Shown in pieces: positions 29,736 through 39,333 of a DNA stretch of 64,000 nucleotides. Each line of letters opens with the position of its first letter. Position 1 is the first letter of the stretch. Origin of the DNA: Bacteriovoracia bacterium. Its GTDB lineage: Bacteria; Bdellovibrionota; UBA1018; JBFWNL01. The translations under genes and the position numbers were made by a program. Below the pieces are notes generated by a model. It saw only the letters and a program-made list of their open reading frames with translations, was not told the origin of the DNA and ran no database searches. The stretch is from positions 299,825 through 363,824 of the forward strand of contig JBFWNL010000001.1 in assembly GCA_050251055.1 (NCBI GenBank). The letters are read 5' to 3'.

Positions 29736-30356
29736 TCACTGACCGAAGCGCCAGCCCAGGGAGATCAGCGGCAGGATCGTACTTTGCCCGTAGCTCACGT
29801 TAGACTGTACGTTCGCCGTGTTGGTCGAAGTGCTGTAGCTCGCCCGATCGTATATAAGTTTGATCCCGACATACATGTGCTTTCCCACCTGAGGCGTGTA
29901 GCCCAGCTCAACCTGGATGCTGTAGCCGCTCCACTTTTCCTCACTCCCTCCGGCCGGAGTCACCGTAGCGCGAGCCAAGGGATTAAATGCGAGCGCCAGC
30001 GAAAAAGCCTGGGCTTTGCCGATATAAACCCCGAACTTCGGGCCGGTAACGAGCGTACTCATACTGCTCGTGCCGGCCGACGTGGTATTGCCCCGCGACT
30101 GCAGTCCTAGATTCCAACCGATGAAGTAAACCTTCGGAATGGAGGCGCCCACGAAGAGGCTTTCGTAGAGCCGGTTGACCTTGTCCTCGCTCGAGCTAGA
30201 AAGAGTGTTGGTGTAATAGAGGAGGTCATTCGTGAAGACGAGCCCCGCTTGCGCCGAAGGCACGGTGAGCAAGCAGGCCACCGTGCCTAAGCTAAGCCCA
30301 CGGGCGAGATTTCTGATTTTCGGGAAATTCATTTCCAACCGCACTTTCTCCACCAT
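29736..30356 (-). CDS. Small outer-membrane beta-barrel protein, hypothetical (start may be 30332)
   Basis: Signal peptide ending SAQA; alternating strands; ends ISLGWRFGQ. Confidence 0.7.
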   Translation of the reverse strand: MVEKVRLEMNFPKIRNLARGLSLGTVACLLTVPSAQAGLVFTNDLLYYTNTLSSSSEDKVNRLYESLFVGASIPKVYFIGWNLGLQSRGNTTSAGTSSMSTLVTGPKFGVYIGKAQAFSLALAFNPLARATVTPAGGSEEKWSGYSIQVELGYTPQVGKHMYVGIKLIYDRASYSTSTNTANVQSNVSYGQSTILPLISLGWRFGQ

Positions 30357-30456
30357 CTCTATAACTCAATTAGAACATACAGTTACGGGGATGAACAAGC
30401 CTCGACATAATTTGGCATTGCCGTGCGTCGTGGGGCTGTTTTATGACTGGCAGACT

Positions 30457-31170
30457 TTGAAAACCCTGACGCCCATCCAAATCATCCAACTGCTCGACCC
30501 TTATTTAAGTTCGGAGCGTAAACGACGGATTTCAGAGGTAATTCAAGGGCGCACGCGAACTGTGGTACCCGTACTGGATCGAGTTTGCGACCTCGGTAAC
30601 ATAAACGCGGTCTTAAGAAGTGCCGAAGCCCTGGGTTTCGACCAAATCGAGATTATCGAATCCGGCGACGGTTACAAGACCTCCAATCGCGCCAGCCAAG
30701 GCACCGATAAGTGGCTAACCATGCGTAAGTGGCAAGATCCCGCGCGCTGCCTAGAGCAGTTGAAGCAGGACGGGTATCGCATCTACGCGACTCACCTTTC
30801 ACCGACGGCGGTGCCTATCCATGAACTCGATTTTACGCAAAAGTGCGCCGTGGTGCTCGGCAATGAAAAAGAAGGAGTAGGCGCCGAGGTCCTGCAACGT
30901 GCGGATGCCACTTTCATGATCCCCATGTATGGCTTCGCCCAAAGTTTCAATATCTCGGTGGCGGCGGCGCTTTGCTTTAATCACATCGCGTCCGATCGCA
31001 TGCGGCGGCAAGGACGGCACGGAGACCTGAGCCCGGAAGCCCGAGAAGAGTTGCAAGCAAGATACTTCGAACTCTCCGTTCCTTCGGCAGAGCCGATTCT
31101 TGAGCGTCTTGTCCGCGACGGCGCAGCGCCCAGGAGACAAGACACGGCGGAATCTCCGAACTCCCGATAA
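30457..31170 (+). CDS. trmH: TrmH/SpoU tRNA 2'-O-methyltransferase (start uncertain)
   Basis: GNINAVLRSAEALG, GTDKW, VLGNEKEGV, IPMYGFAQSFNISVA. Confidence 0.88.
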   Translation: MKTLTPIQIIQLLDPYLSSERKRRISEVIQGRTRTVVPVLDRVCDLGNINAVLRSAEALGFDQIEIIESGDGYKTSNRASQGTDKWLTMRKWQDPARCLEQLKQDGYRIYATHLSPTAVPIHELDFTQKCAVVLGNEKEGVGAEVLQRADATFMIPMYGFAQSFNISVAAALCFNHIASDRMRRQGRHGDLSPEAREELQARYFELSVPSAEPILERLVRDGAAPRRQDTAESPNSR

Positions 31171-31181
31171 AATAATCTTCC

Positions 31182-32108
31182 ATGCATCCCGAGACCATTA
31201 GCACGCCGATTTCGAACCTGCTCGCAGGCCTGGGCGCTTCCATCACCTTCGCCGCAGCCGCAATTTTGTTTCGAGAATACGCGCTCCGTGTCTCCACCAT
31301 CTGGATGAACGCCTTCAAGGCCACCGTCGCGCTGACTGCGTTCATCGTTGTTTCGATTTTCGTTTCCGATTGGCGGGCGTTCATCACCCACCCACAAGCG
31401 CCCACCGTAGTCGGGGCTTTTCTTCTAAGCGGACTGGCCGGCTTGAATATTGGCGACTTTTTTCTGGTGCAGGCGTTCACGCGCCTAGGGTCCTCGCGTA
31501 CGCTGATGATTTTCAGTTTCCAGCCGCTACTACTGGCATTGGGCGGGGCGGTGCTGCTCTCTCAAGCCTTAACGGGTCACCAGCTCGCCGCGATCCTCTG
31601 TCTGATCGGGTGCGTACTTATCCTGAGCTACGAACGCTACCGGATCGCCGGCCGCTGGGAAATCCGCGGGCTATGCGAAGCCTTTGCTGGCGTAACGCTC
31701 GACGGCGTGGGCGTTTTGATCTCGCGCTGGGCCTTTGAGCAAGGTACGGGCGTCGACGTACTGCAAGGCAGCCTCTTTCGCTGCGTAGGCGCCTGCTTGG
31801 GTTTCGCGGGTCTTGGCTTTTTCCGTCGAAGCACCTTTCGCGCTAAACCTTTTCTGAAAAGTTTTGTGAATCTCAGCACGCGTGACCGCGGGATCGTCCT
31901 CATCGCTAGTTTTATGGGCACGTTCATGAGCCTTTGGCTCTGGACCTACGCCATTAGCTCGGGACATTTGGCGAGCGTCGTGGCTCTGGGGGGAACGGGT
32001 CCCCTCTTTGCCGCGCTAATCGAATGCCTGGTTGCCAGGCGCCTGCCCTCCCACTACCTGTGGGGAGCCCTTCTCTTTTTCGGGGTGGGATTCGCCCTCA
32101 TGCTTTAG
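31182..32108 (+). CDS. DMT/EamA family transporter
   Basis: About 10 TM helices in two repeats; LSGLAGLNIGD motif. Confidence 0.85.
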   Translation: MHPETISTPISNLLAGLGASITFAAAAILFREYALRVSTIWMNAFKATVALTAFIVVSIFVSDWRAFITHPQAPTVVGAFLLSGLAGLNIGDFFLVQAFTRLGSSRTLMIFSFQPLLLALGGAVLLSQALTGHQLAAILCLIGCVLILSYERYRIAGRWEIRGLCEAFAGVTLDGVGVLISRWAFEQGTGVDVLQGSLFRCVGACLGFAGLGFFRRSTFRAKPFLKSFVNLSTRDRGIVLIASFMGTFMSLWLWTYAISSGHLASVVALGGTGPLFAALIECLVARRLPSHYLWGALLFFGVGFALML

Positions 32109-32117
32109 CGATAGCTA

Positions 32118-33074
32118 CTACTTATCGATGAAGATCGGGCCCGCGGGAGTCGGCACATCGCGACGATCGAGCAGCAAGCCTTTGGCTTTACCGCGCGTGA
32201 CGACGCCGAAGCGGCGCTCGTTCACCCCTCGCGCACGCTCGGCCTTCCAGGTATCCACGATCCAGTGGTGCCACTTGTCGGGATCCCAATAGAAAATCGC
32301 GTGATGGGGTTCGTTCGCCCGCGCCCAGCGCGACGCCTTTAGCGGAAACAGCAGCTTCCCCGCGTCCACCGGATGATTCGTCCAAGGCCCCCCCAAGAGC
32401 TCGTCTGGGAAGCGCACGTAGTTCGCCCACCCCTTTTGGAACTCCTCGGTCATCAGGCCAGCCACTTCGATGAAGCCAGCGCCGTAAGCGGTGCAGCCCG
32501 CGCCCTCCCGGTAGAGCGGCCGGTTGGGCAACCCGTAGTGCAGGTCATAGCCTTGCTTTTTGTACTCGTCGTAGAACTCCAGCAGGCGCGCGCAAGTTTT
32601 TTCGCTCACTTGGAAGGTGATGAAGCTCATGGTTCCGCGGCGCGCGCGATCCTTGAGTTGTGGCTCGATCTCTTCCGGCGTATCCTCTCGGCCACGGAAA
32701 TCGTGCAGCAAAATACTGAAGCCATATTTTTTCTTGAAGAGCAGATCCCACTGCTCGCCACGACCATCGGACGTCATCCCGGTCAGCACCCGGCGGTCTC
32801 CGCACTTAAGCTCCACTTCCAAATGCCCGATCCCGTGCAACGTATCCGGATTCTTAAGCGTCAGATGATTCCAAACGGCGCTCCAAGCCAGCTTCACCGG
32901 CGAGCGCCAATCGATGCCTCTGGGCGATGGAAAGAGAAAAACAGTAAGCTCGGAGGGTGACGCCGAGGAAGACTCGGCACGAACAACTGGGGTCATGAAT
33001 ATACTCCCGCCGACCAACGCCCACATGAAGGTCCGCGCTACAATGCCATGTAAACCGGATCGCCGATTCCCCAT
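32118..33074 (-). CDS. Secreted hypothetical protein, possible permuted papain-like hydrolase
   Basis: Signal peptide ending VRA; GIGHLEV precedes GAGCTAY. Confidence 0.7.
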   Translation of the reverse strand: MGNRRSGLHGIVARTFMWALVGGSIFMTPVVRAESSSASPSELTVFLFPSPRGIDWRSPVKLAWSAVWNHLTLKNPDTLHGIGHLEVELKCGDRRVLTGMTSDGRGEQWDLLFKKKYGFSILLHDFRGREDTPEEIEPQLKDRARRGTMSFITFQVSEKTCARLLEFYDEYKKQGYDLHYGLPNRPLYREGAGCTAYGAGFIEVAGLMTEEFQKGWANYVRFPDELLGGPWTNHPVDAGKLLFPLKASRWARANEPHHAIFYWDPDKWHHWIVDTWKAERARGVNERRFGVVTRGKAKGLLLDRRDVPTPAGPIFIDK

Positions 33075-33197
33075 TCACTACCCCTTCCTTGGGTGTCCAC
33101 TTCGTTTGCGACCTACTCTATAAAGGAGTGCCACCGGCACGGGCGAGTGTCAAGCCACCGACTTGCTGCAACGGCCAACCTATGCCAGCATGGCCGA

Positions 33198-35039
33198 ATG
33201 CATAATTCACTTCGTCCTTTCCTAGCCTGTGCGCTCATTCTCGTGGTTGCGGCCCCGAGCTGCGCCACTTCCCAAAAATCCGCGCCGTCCGCTCCGGCGG
33301 CGAGCCAAACCGTGGTCCCGCTCGATACGAGCGATTTAAAAAACTCTCGTTATCGTCCCGTGGCCGGCACCCGCGGCATGGTCGTCTCCGACGACCGCGT
33401 GGCTTCCGAATGGGGAGCCGAGATCCTGCGTCGCGGAGGCAATGCCATTGACGCCGCGGTGGCCACAGGCTTTGCGCTCGCGGTCACCCGCCCGCACTTT
33501 GGTTCGCTCGGAGGAGGCGGCTTCCTCCTCTACTGCCCTGCGCCCAAAAGCAGCCAAGCCCAGAAATGTCAGATCATCGATTACCGCGAGACCGCGCCGG
33601 CCGCGGCCTCGCCTGAGACCTACCGAAAGAACGGCAAGGCGGATCCCAGACTCGCGCAAGTCGGGGCGCTTGCTTCTGGCGTGCCCGGGGTCACCGCCGG
33701 ACTTCTCTCCGCGCTGGAGAAGTTTGGCTCGAAACCGCGGAAACAGCTGCTCGAGCGGCCGATCGCGCTCGCCCGACAGGGCGTGCTCGTGACTCATTAC
33801 ATGGAAAAGAATGCCGTGGAGAGCTGGGACGATTTTAACTCGGCCACTCAACGCATCTTGGGCTGCCCAGAAAAATCCGGACGCGGCAAGTCCGGAATCT
33901 TGAAACCCTGCGTGGCGGGCGAGAAAATCACGCAGCCGGATCTAGCCCGTACCCTAGAAGCGATTTCTGCCCGTGGGCGTGACGGCTTCTACCGGGGCGC
34001 CGTCGCCCGACAGTTGGTCCACGGGCTGAGTGAAGCCGGTGGCATCCTCACGACGGCCGATCTAGCAAATTACCAGCCTCAAGTGCGCGCTCCGATTACA
34101 ATGTCTTACGAAGGCCCTACGGGAAACTGGGAGATCGTCTCCATGCCTCCGCCTTCCAACGGAGGCACCGGCATCCTGCAGATGTTCAGCTACGCTACCC
34201 AAGCGGCACTTTCTGGTGAGTTTCGAGATGGCTACTGGAGCCCGCGCTCGCTCCACGCCCTCACGCACGGCATGTCGCTCGCCTTCGCGGATCGCGCCGC
34301 CTATTTCGGCGACCCGGGGTTCACGCCGGTCCCGATGGACCAACTCCTTTCGCGTGACTACCTGGCGCGCCGCTGGACGAGCACGTTCAAGTCCAGCCGC
34401 GCGAACATTCCCTCGGAAGGAGGGTTGGGCCCGGCTCCCGGCGCCCCTCCCGCCGGGCAGCACACCACTCACTTTAGCGTCATCGACGCCCAAGGAAATG
34501 CCGTCGCCGTCACGACGACTATCAACGGGGTCTACGGTTCTGGGTTCACACCTCCCGGAACCGGCGTCATTATGAACAACGAGATGGACGACTTCAGCCT
34601 TGAACCGGGCGTCGCCAACCAGTTCGGCTTGGTGGGTTCCCATGCCAATGCGGTAGCTCCAGGCAAGCGCCCGCTATCTTCGATGTCACCCACAATTGCC
34701 CGCGACGTTCAAGGGAACAACCGCGTGGTGATCGGCGCGGCCGGCGGCCCCCGCATTACTACCTCCGTGTTTCAAGCTCTCTTCAATCGCCTGTACTTTG
34801 GCCTGCCATTGCCAGAAGCCATGCACCTGCCGCGCATCCACCACCAATGGAAGCCCGCGCGCGTGCTCTTCGAGAAAGGGGCCTACCCCGCCTCGATTCG
34901 AGAGTCCCTGCGCGATATGGGGTATGCGGTGGAGGAATCCGCTGGCTCAGGGATTATTCACGCATTGGAGCGCCAACCCGGCGGGCGGGTTTGGGGCGTG
35001 CCCGAACCTCGTGGGGAAGGCGCCGCCGTTTCGGAGTAG
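33198..35039 (+). CDS. ggt: Gamma-glutamyltransferase
   Basis: GGNAIDAAVA, DYRETAP, GVPG, autoprocessing TTHFSV, NNEMDDF, KRPLSSMSP, GGPRI, PRIHHQ. Confidence 0.95.
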   Translation: MHNSLRPFLACALILVVAAPSCATSQKSAPSAPAASQTVVPLDTSDLKNSRYRPVAGTRGMVVSDDRVASEWGAEILRRGGNAIDAAVATGFALAVTRPHFGSLGGGGFLLYCPAPKSSQAQKCQIIDYRETAPAAASPETYRKNGKADPRLAQVGALASGVPGVTAGLLSALEKFGSKPRKQLLERPIALARQGVLVTHYMEKNAVESWDDFNSATQRILGCPEKSGRGKSGILKPCVAGEKITQPDLARTLEAISARGRDGFYRGAVARQLVHGLSEAGGILTTADLANYQPQVRAPITMSYEGPTGNWEIVSMPPPSNGGTGILQMFSYATQAALSGEFRDGYWSPRSLHALTHGMSLAFADRAAYFGDPGFTPVPMDQLLSRDYLARRWTSTFKSSRANIPSEGGLGPAPGAPPAGQHTTHFSVIDAQGNAVAVTTTINGVYGSGFTPPGTGVIMNNEMDDFSLEPGVANQFGLVGSHANAVAPGKRPLSSMSPTIARDVQGNNRVVIGAAGGPRITTSVFQALFNRLYFGLPLPEAMHLPRIHHQWKPARVLFEKGAYPASIRESLRDMGYAVEESAGSGIIHALERQPGGRVWGVPEPRGEGAAVSE

Positions 35040-35415
35040 CCCGTGACCCCGGCGGGATGGCTGCCGCATAGGATATGCGAACTTAATTATGCCCTGCGCC
35101 GTCATGAGGGCAGAACTTCAAGGGTTAAGCTTTTCTTCGACAAAGCGACTTAAGCGCTTGGAGCAAAAGGCGAAACTCCCCGGCAGGCAACTCGTTGCCT
35201 TATAGGCGCCCGCCTACCGCAGCGATCCGGCCACGGAAATCGCCGCCCCTTCTGACGATTGAATATTTGAAAACACTCTAATATCATTAAGAGTGTTCCG
35301 CTTTCAGATCTCTAGAGCATGCTCACGGTTCTCGTAGGCGGGTTGAGTAGAAGTACTGGTAGCCGTACGAATGCATTTGATCGATGTTAGCGCCTAAGCC
35401 TTCAGGAGGACTTCA

Positions 35416-35805
35416 ATGGGCAAGAAACTGTATGTCGGGAACCTACCCTTCTCGACGGATGATGCGTCACTTCAACAAATCTTTTCGGAATGCGGAACGG
35501 TCACGTCCGCGAAAGTGATTTCGGATCGCGAAACCGGCCGCTCCCGCGGCTTTGGTTTCGTGGAAATGTCCAGCGACCAGGAAGCGGCAGATGCCATTTC
35601 TAAGATGAACGGAAAAGAAGTCGATGGCCGGGCGCTGAAAGTCAGCGAAGCCAATGAGTCGCCCGGCGGTGGCGGTCGTGGCGGCGGTGGTGGTCGCGGC
35701 GGATTCGGTGGTGGTCGCGGAGGTGGCGGTGGCTACGGCGGCGGTCGCGGAGGTGGCGGCGGCTACGGCGGTGGTCGCGGAGGTGGCGGCGGAGGCCGTT
35801 ACTAA
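35416..35805 (+). CDS. RRM RNA-binding protein with Gly/RGG-rich tail
   Basis: RNP2 LYVGNL, RNP1 RGFGFVEM; AGGAGG RBS; GGG(Y/F)GGGRGG repeats. Confidence 0.95.
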   Translation: MGKKLYVGNLPFSTDDASLQQIFSECGTVTSAKVISDRETGRSRGFGFVEMSSDQEAADAISKMNGKEVDGRALKVSEANESPGGGGRGGGGGRGGFGGGRGGGGGYGGGRGGGGGYGGGRGGGGGGRY

Positions 35806-35830
35806 CCCACTGGCTATCTAAAAATTTTCG

Positions 35831-35868
35831 GCCCGAGGCTTCTTTGCGGAACCCTCGGGCTTTTTTTT
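35831..35868 (+). terminator. Rho-independent terminator
   Basis: GCCCGAGG...CCTCGGGC followed by T8. Confidence 0.88.
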
Positions 35869-35909
35869 GTCCCGCTTTGCAAACTGTAGTCCTGTGATAC
35901 ACTAATCGG

Positions 35910-37043
35910 GTGGGGACTCGGCATGGAAGCCGTCAGCTGAAGTTTTGCTTGAGCGTATTGGCCGCCGCGGCGGCCATCACCGGCCTGATGCGGCTTCTCC
36001 CCGCACCCCTTCCCGCTCACCCACCTCTGGCTAAAACCTCGGTAGTGAAATCCCCTACGCAGCGTGTTCCCGCCGTGGCTGTGCGTCAGCCGACACCTGC
36101 AATAGGAGATGCGGAACGGACCTGTCGAGAACTTCGATCCAACACCCTGGACCATCGCCCTCTTCGCGAACTAGCCGAAACATTACTGGCCGCCCCCGAC
36201 CTACTCGCCCACACCGGCCAAGAAGACGAAGTCTTTGGGCGCCTACTGCGGGGGCTCACCGCAAGCGACGAATCGGAACTCCGGCAGGAACTAGACGACT
36301 CGCATCCGGCGCTCATCTTCATGCGGGCGCTGGCGGAGGGTAACGCGCTTTACGAAAACCCTCCGCTGTCCCCCAACCCCCGCGCGGCGATCGCAAGTCT
36401 CGAGGGACTGGTCGAAGACGATCCCCAGAACGCTGCCTATTCCCTACTCCTCGCGCACTTTCAAGATCAGGTCGGCACGCCGCCTGAACAACTCGCCTCG
36501 ACGATGGAGCGAGCGCTCAACTCCCAACGCTACGACACGCATATCCGCGCGCTTTTTCAACGCATTTACGAACGGGGCCTCAGTTCGATCGAAAACAGCG
36601 TGGTCGCCGCCCATCTCATTTCCCGCTTTCCGACGATCGACTACAGCCACCCCCATAGCTTGGTGAAACTCTTCGTCGGCCAAGGTGATCCTGCTTTGGA
36701 CGCCGCCGCGATGAGGTTGGGCCGGCTGCTGATGAAAGAAGGGAATGAACAAGGCTTCCGGCGTGAAACCGTTTACTGGTCCGCGACGGAGTATAACCTC
36801 GGCCTGAACTTATTCCAGCGCGGCTGGAAGGAGACCCACCCTGACGAGGAGCTCACTGCGGAAGCTCGCGACGGATACGGAAAGTTCTTCACGGAATCGC
36901 CCGCCACCCAAGCCCGTTACGCTATCTGGGCGCAGGCCGCCGACCAGAATGCCGCGTGCCCCGTCGACGCGATGACCGCCGACTACGCGCGAGAGTACGA
37001 AGACTTCCTTCAATACCAGCAAGCGCAAGCCGAACGCGACTAG
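35910..37043 (+). CDS. Hypothetical membrane-anchored helical protein
   Basis: 377-aa ORF with N-terminal hydrophobic anchor, Pro-rich linker and TPR-like segment DPQNAAYSLLLA. Confidence 0.65.
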   Translation: MGTRHGSRQLKFCLSVLAAAAAITGLMRLLPAPLPAHPPLAKTSVVKSPTQRVPAVAVRQPTPAIGDAERTCRELRSNTLDHRPLRELAETLLAAPDLLAHTGQEDEVFGRLLRGLTASDESELRQELDDSHPALIFMRALAEGNALYENPPLSPNPRAAIASLEGLVEDDPQNAAYSLLLAHFQDQVGTPPEQLASTMERALNSQRYDTHIRALFQRIYERGLSSIENSVVAAHLISRFPTIDYSHPHSLVKLFVGQGDPALDAAAMRLGRLLMKEGNEQGFRRETVYWSATEYNLGLNLFQRGWKETHPDEELTAEARDGYGKFFTESPATQARYAIWAQAADQNAACPVDAMTADYAREYEDFLQYQQAQAERD

Positions 37044-37516
37044 TGGTGGTGACCGCCCGGGCCGTGCACGTGTCCGTGCGACATCTCTTCCTTGGTGGCT
37101 TCGCGAATTTCCATCACTTCGATATCGAAGGTGAGGTCTTGTCCCGCCAACGGGTGATTCGCGTCTAGCGTCACTTGTTCCGGCGTGAGCGCCGTCACCG
37201 TGAGGAGCTGGGTTTCCCCGCCCTGGGTGTCGGCTTCGAACTGGTCGCCAACCGTGAGATCGCCGCTGTTCGGCAACTCGGCGCGAGACATGTTAATTAC
37301 CAAACGATCGTCGCGTTCGCCGTAAGCATCGGCCGCTTTCACTTGGATCACTTTTTTCTCGCCCTTTTTTAATGGCGAGAGCTGGCGCTCCAGACCCGGG
37401 ATGATTTGGCCTTGGCCCTCGAGGAAGCTCAGTGGCGCGCCGCCTTCGGACGAATCGAGGGTTTCCCCCTGGCTGTTGGTCAGCTTGTAATTAAAGGAAA
37501 TAACCCGAGTTTTCAT
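37040..37516 (-). CDS. slyD: SlyD-type FKBP peptidyl-prolyl isomerase
   Basis: GQIIPGLE, AYGERD, DANHPLAGQDLTF, His-rich tail. Confidence 0.95.
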   Translation of the reverse strand: MKTRVISFNYKLTNSQGETLDSSEGGAPLSFLEGQGQIIPGLERQLSPLKKGEKKVIQVKAADAYGERDDRLVINMSRAELPNSGDLTVGDQFEADTQGGETQLLTVTALTPEQVTLDANHPLAGQDLTFDIEVMEIREATKEEMSHGHVHGPGGHHH

Positions 37517-37616
37517 CTATGGCCTCCTGCGCCGAAAATACGTTCCGCCCAGATCATCATACCCCTGCTAAAAATACCAGAGAAATGCTAAGGTGCGGCT
37601 ATAGGGTTTAGATACT

Positions 37617-38450
37617 ATGTTAAGTTCGCACGGAATTCCCGTATACCCCCTTTGGCTCGCCATCCCGCTGATGTTCTTCATCGTGGGTGTCCGCTACCTG
37701 ATTTTCGCCGGCGGCGCCTATCTCTACTTCTACGTATGGAAACGGGAAGCCCTCCATCGCTATAAAATCGATCCCGTCTTTCCGAACCCCAAGCTGCTCA
37801 AAGCCGAGTTCAAGTGGTCGGTGGTCACGTCCCTGCTTTTTGGCGTGGCGGGCGCCCTCGTTTCCGAAGCCTGGGAAGCCGGCTACACCCGTATCTACTG
37901 GGACATCGCCGAATACGGGTGGTTCTATCTTTTCTTCAGCGTGTTCCTGATGATGTTCATTCACGACACGTATTTTTACTTCACCCACGTCCTCATTCAT
38001 CACCCCAAACTCTTTAAGCGCGTGCACAAGGTCCACCACGATTCGGTGAACCCGTCGCCCTGGGCCGCGTTTTCGTTTCACCCCTGGGAAGGCTTGATCG
38101 AGGCAATCGCTTTACCGCTCATCATTTTCATCGTGCCAGTGCACCCTATCGCGTTCGTCAGCTTTCTGATGATCATGACCGTGCTCGGCGTGATCAACCA
38201 CATGGGGTATGAAGTCATGCCCAAGTGGTTCGCCACCCACTGGTTTGGAAAGTGGTTCATCACCGCGACCCACCACTTCCAACACCACCGTCTCGTGAAA
38301 TGCAACTACGGCCTTTACTTCACGTTTTGGGATCGGCTGCTCGGCACGGAACGGGCCGACTACCCAAAGTTTTATGCCCAAGTGAAAGCCAAGGGAGAGG
38401 CCCCCACGCCCGGGGGCGGCGCAACTCTCAATCCCCAAACGCTGCGGTAG
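37617..38450 (+). CDS. Sterol desaturase / fatty-acid hydroxylase family protein
   Basis: His boxes HDTYFYFTH, HKVHH, HPWE, NHMGYE, HHFQHH, NYGLYFTFWDR. Confidence 0.9.
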   Translation: MLSSHGIPVYPLWLAIPLMFFIVGVRYLIFAGGAYLYFYVWKREALHRYKIDPVFPNPKLLKAEFKWSVVTSLLFGVAGALVSEAWEAGYTRIYWDIAEYGWFYLFFSVFLMMFIHDTYFYFTHVLIHHPKLFKRVHKVHHDSVNPSPWAAFSFHPWEGLIEAIALPLIIFIVPVHPIAFVSFLMIMTVLGVINHMGYEVMPKWFATHWFGKWFITATHHFQHHRLVKCNYGLYFTFWDRLLGTERADYPKFYAQVKAKGEAPTPGGGATLNPQTLR

Positions 38451-38460
38451 TCGTTTCATC

Positions 38461-39330
38461 ATGGAAGTACTGAACGTCTCCGGATACCGCTTTACCCCCC
38501 TCGACGAGTTAAGGTCGAAGCGGGATCGCCTGCGTCGGGATACCCGCGCCCTAGGCCTGCGCGGCACGGTGCTACTAGCCGAAGAGGGAATTAATTGTTT
38601 TCTCGCGGGTTCGCGCGAGCAGATCGATGCCTTCCGTCAGGTGGCTTTTGGCGAGTTGGGGATCCCAGAAGTCACGTTTAAGGAAAGCTGGTCGCCGAAG
38701 CAGCCGTTCCGGCGCATGCTCGTGAAAATCAAGCGGGAGATCATCCCGCTCGGCCGCCCCGAAATCAATCCGGGCCGACGACCGGCTCCGTTCGTGGCCG
38801 CCCGCGAGTTGAAACGGTGGCTGGACGAGGGCCGCCCGGTCGTCCTGCTCGATACACGAAACGACTACGAGGTGAAAGTCGGCACCTTCCGGGGGGCCGT
38901 GGATCCGGACGTACGGACCTTTCGCAAGTTCCCCCAGGCGATCGCGGAACTCGAGAGGAACCTCCCCGATTTAAGGAACCGCACCGTCGTTACGTTTTGC
39001 ACGGGTGGGATCCGCTGCGAGAAAGCGGCGCCGTATCTCGCCCAGCAAGGGTTTCGTGACGTCTACCAGCTCGAAGGCGGAATCTTAAAGTATTTTGAAG
39101 AATGCGGCGACGCCCACTACGATGGAAACTGTTTCGTTTTCGACCAGCGCGTGGCGCTGAACGGGCGCCTCGAGACGGCCGAGTTCAAGCAGTGCTTTCG
39201 ATGCCGGGAGCCACTCAACCTCGAAGACCAGGCATCCCCTCACTATCGACTGAATGAAAGCTGTCCTTACTGTTTCGGTAAACAGATAGGGGCGGCATCT
39301 GATTTATCCGCCGATCCCCTGGAACCCTAG
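38461..39330 (+). CDS. trhO: Rhodanese-domain tRNA U34 hydroxylase (UPF0176/YceA)
   Basis: EEGIN, KIKREI, DTRNDYE, FCTGGIRCEK, LEGGILKY, CFVFDQR, C-terminal Cys cluster. Confidence 0.9.
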   Translation: MEVLNVSGYRFTPLDELRSKRDRLRRDTRALGLRGTVLLAEEGINCFLAGSREQIDAFRQVAFGELGIPEVTFKESWSPKQPFRRMLVKIKREIIPLGRPEINPGRRPAPFVAARELKRWLDEGRPVVLLDTRNDYEVKVGTFRGAVDPDVRTFRKFPQAIAELERNLPDLRNRTVVTFCTGGIRCEKAAPYLAQQGFRDVYQLEGGILKYFEECGDAHYDGNCFVFDQRVALNGRLETAEFKQCFRCREPLNLEDQASPHYRLNESCPYCFGKQIGAASDLSADPLEP

Positions 39331-39333
39331 CAT

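Noticed and set aside
35665-35800. GGN-rich tandem repeat
   Set aside because: Encodes the ordinary Gly/RGG tail of the RRM protein.
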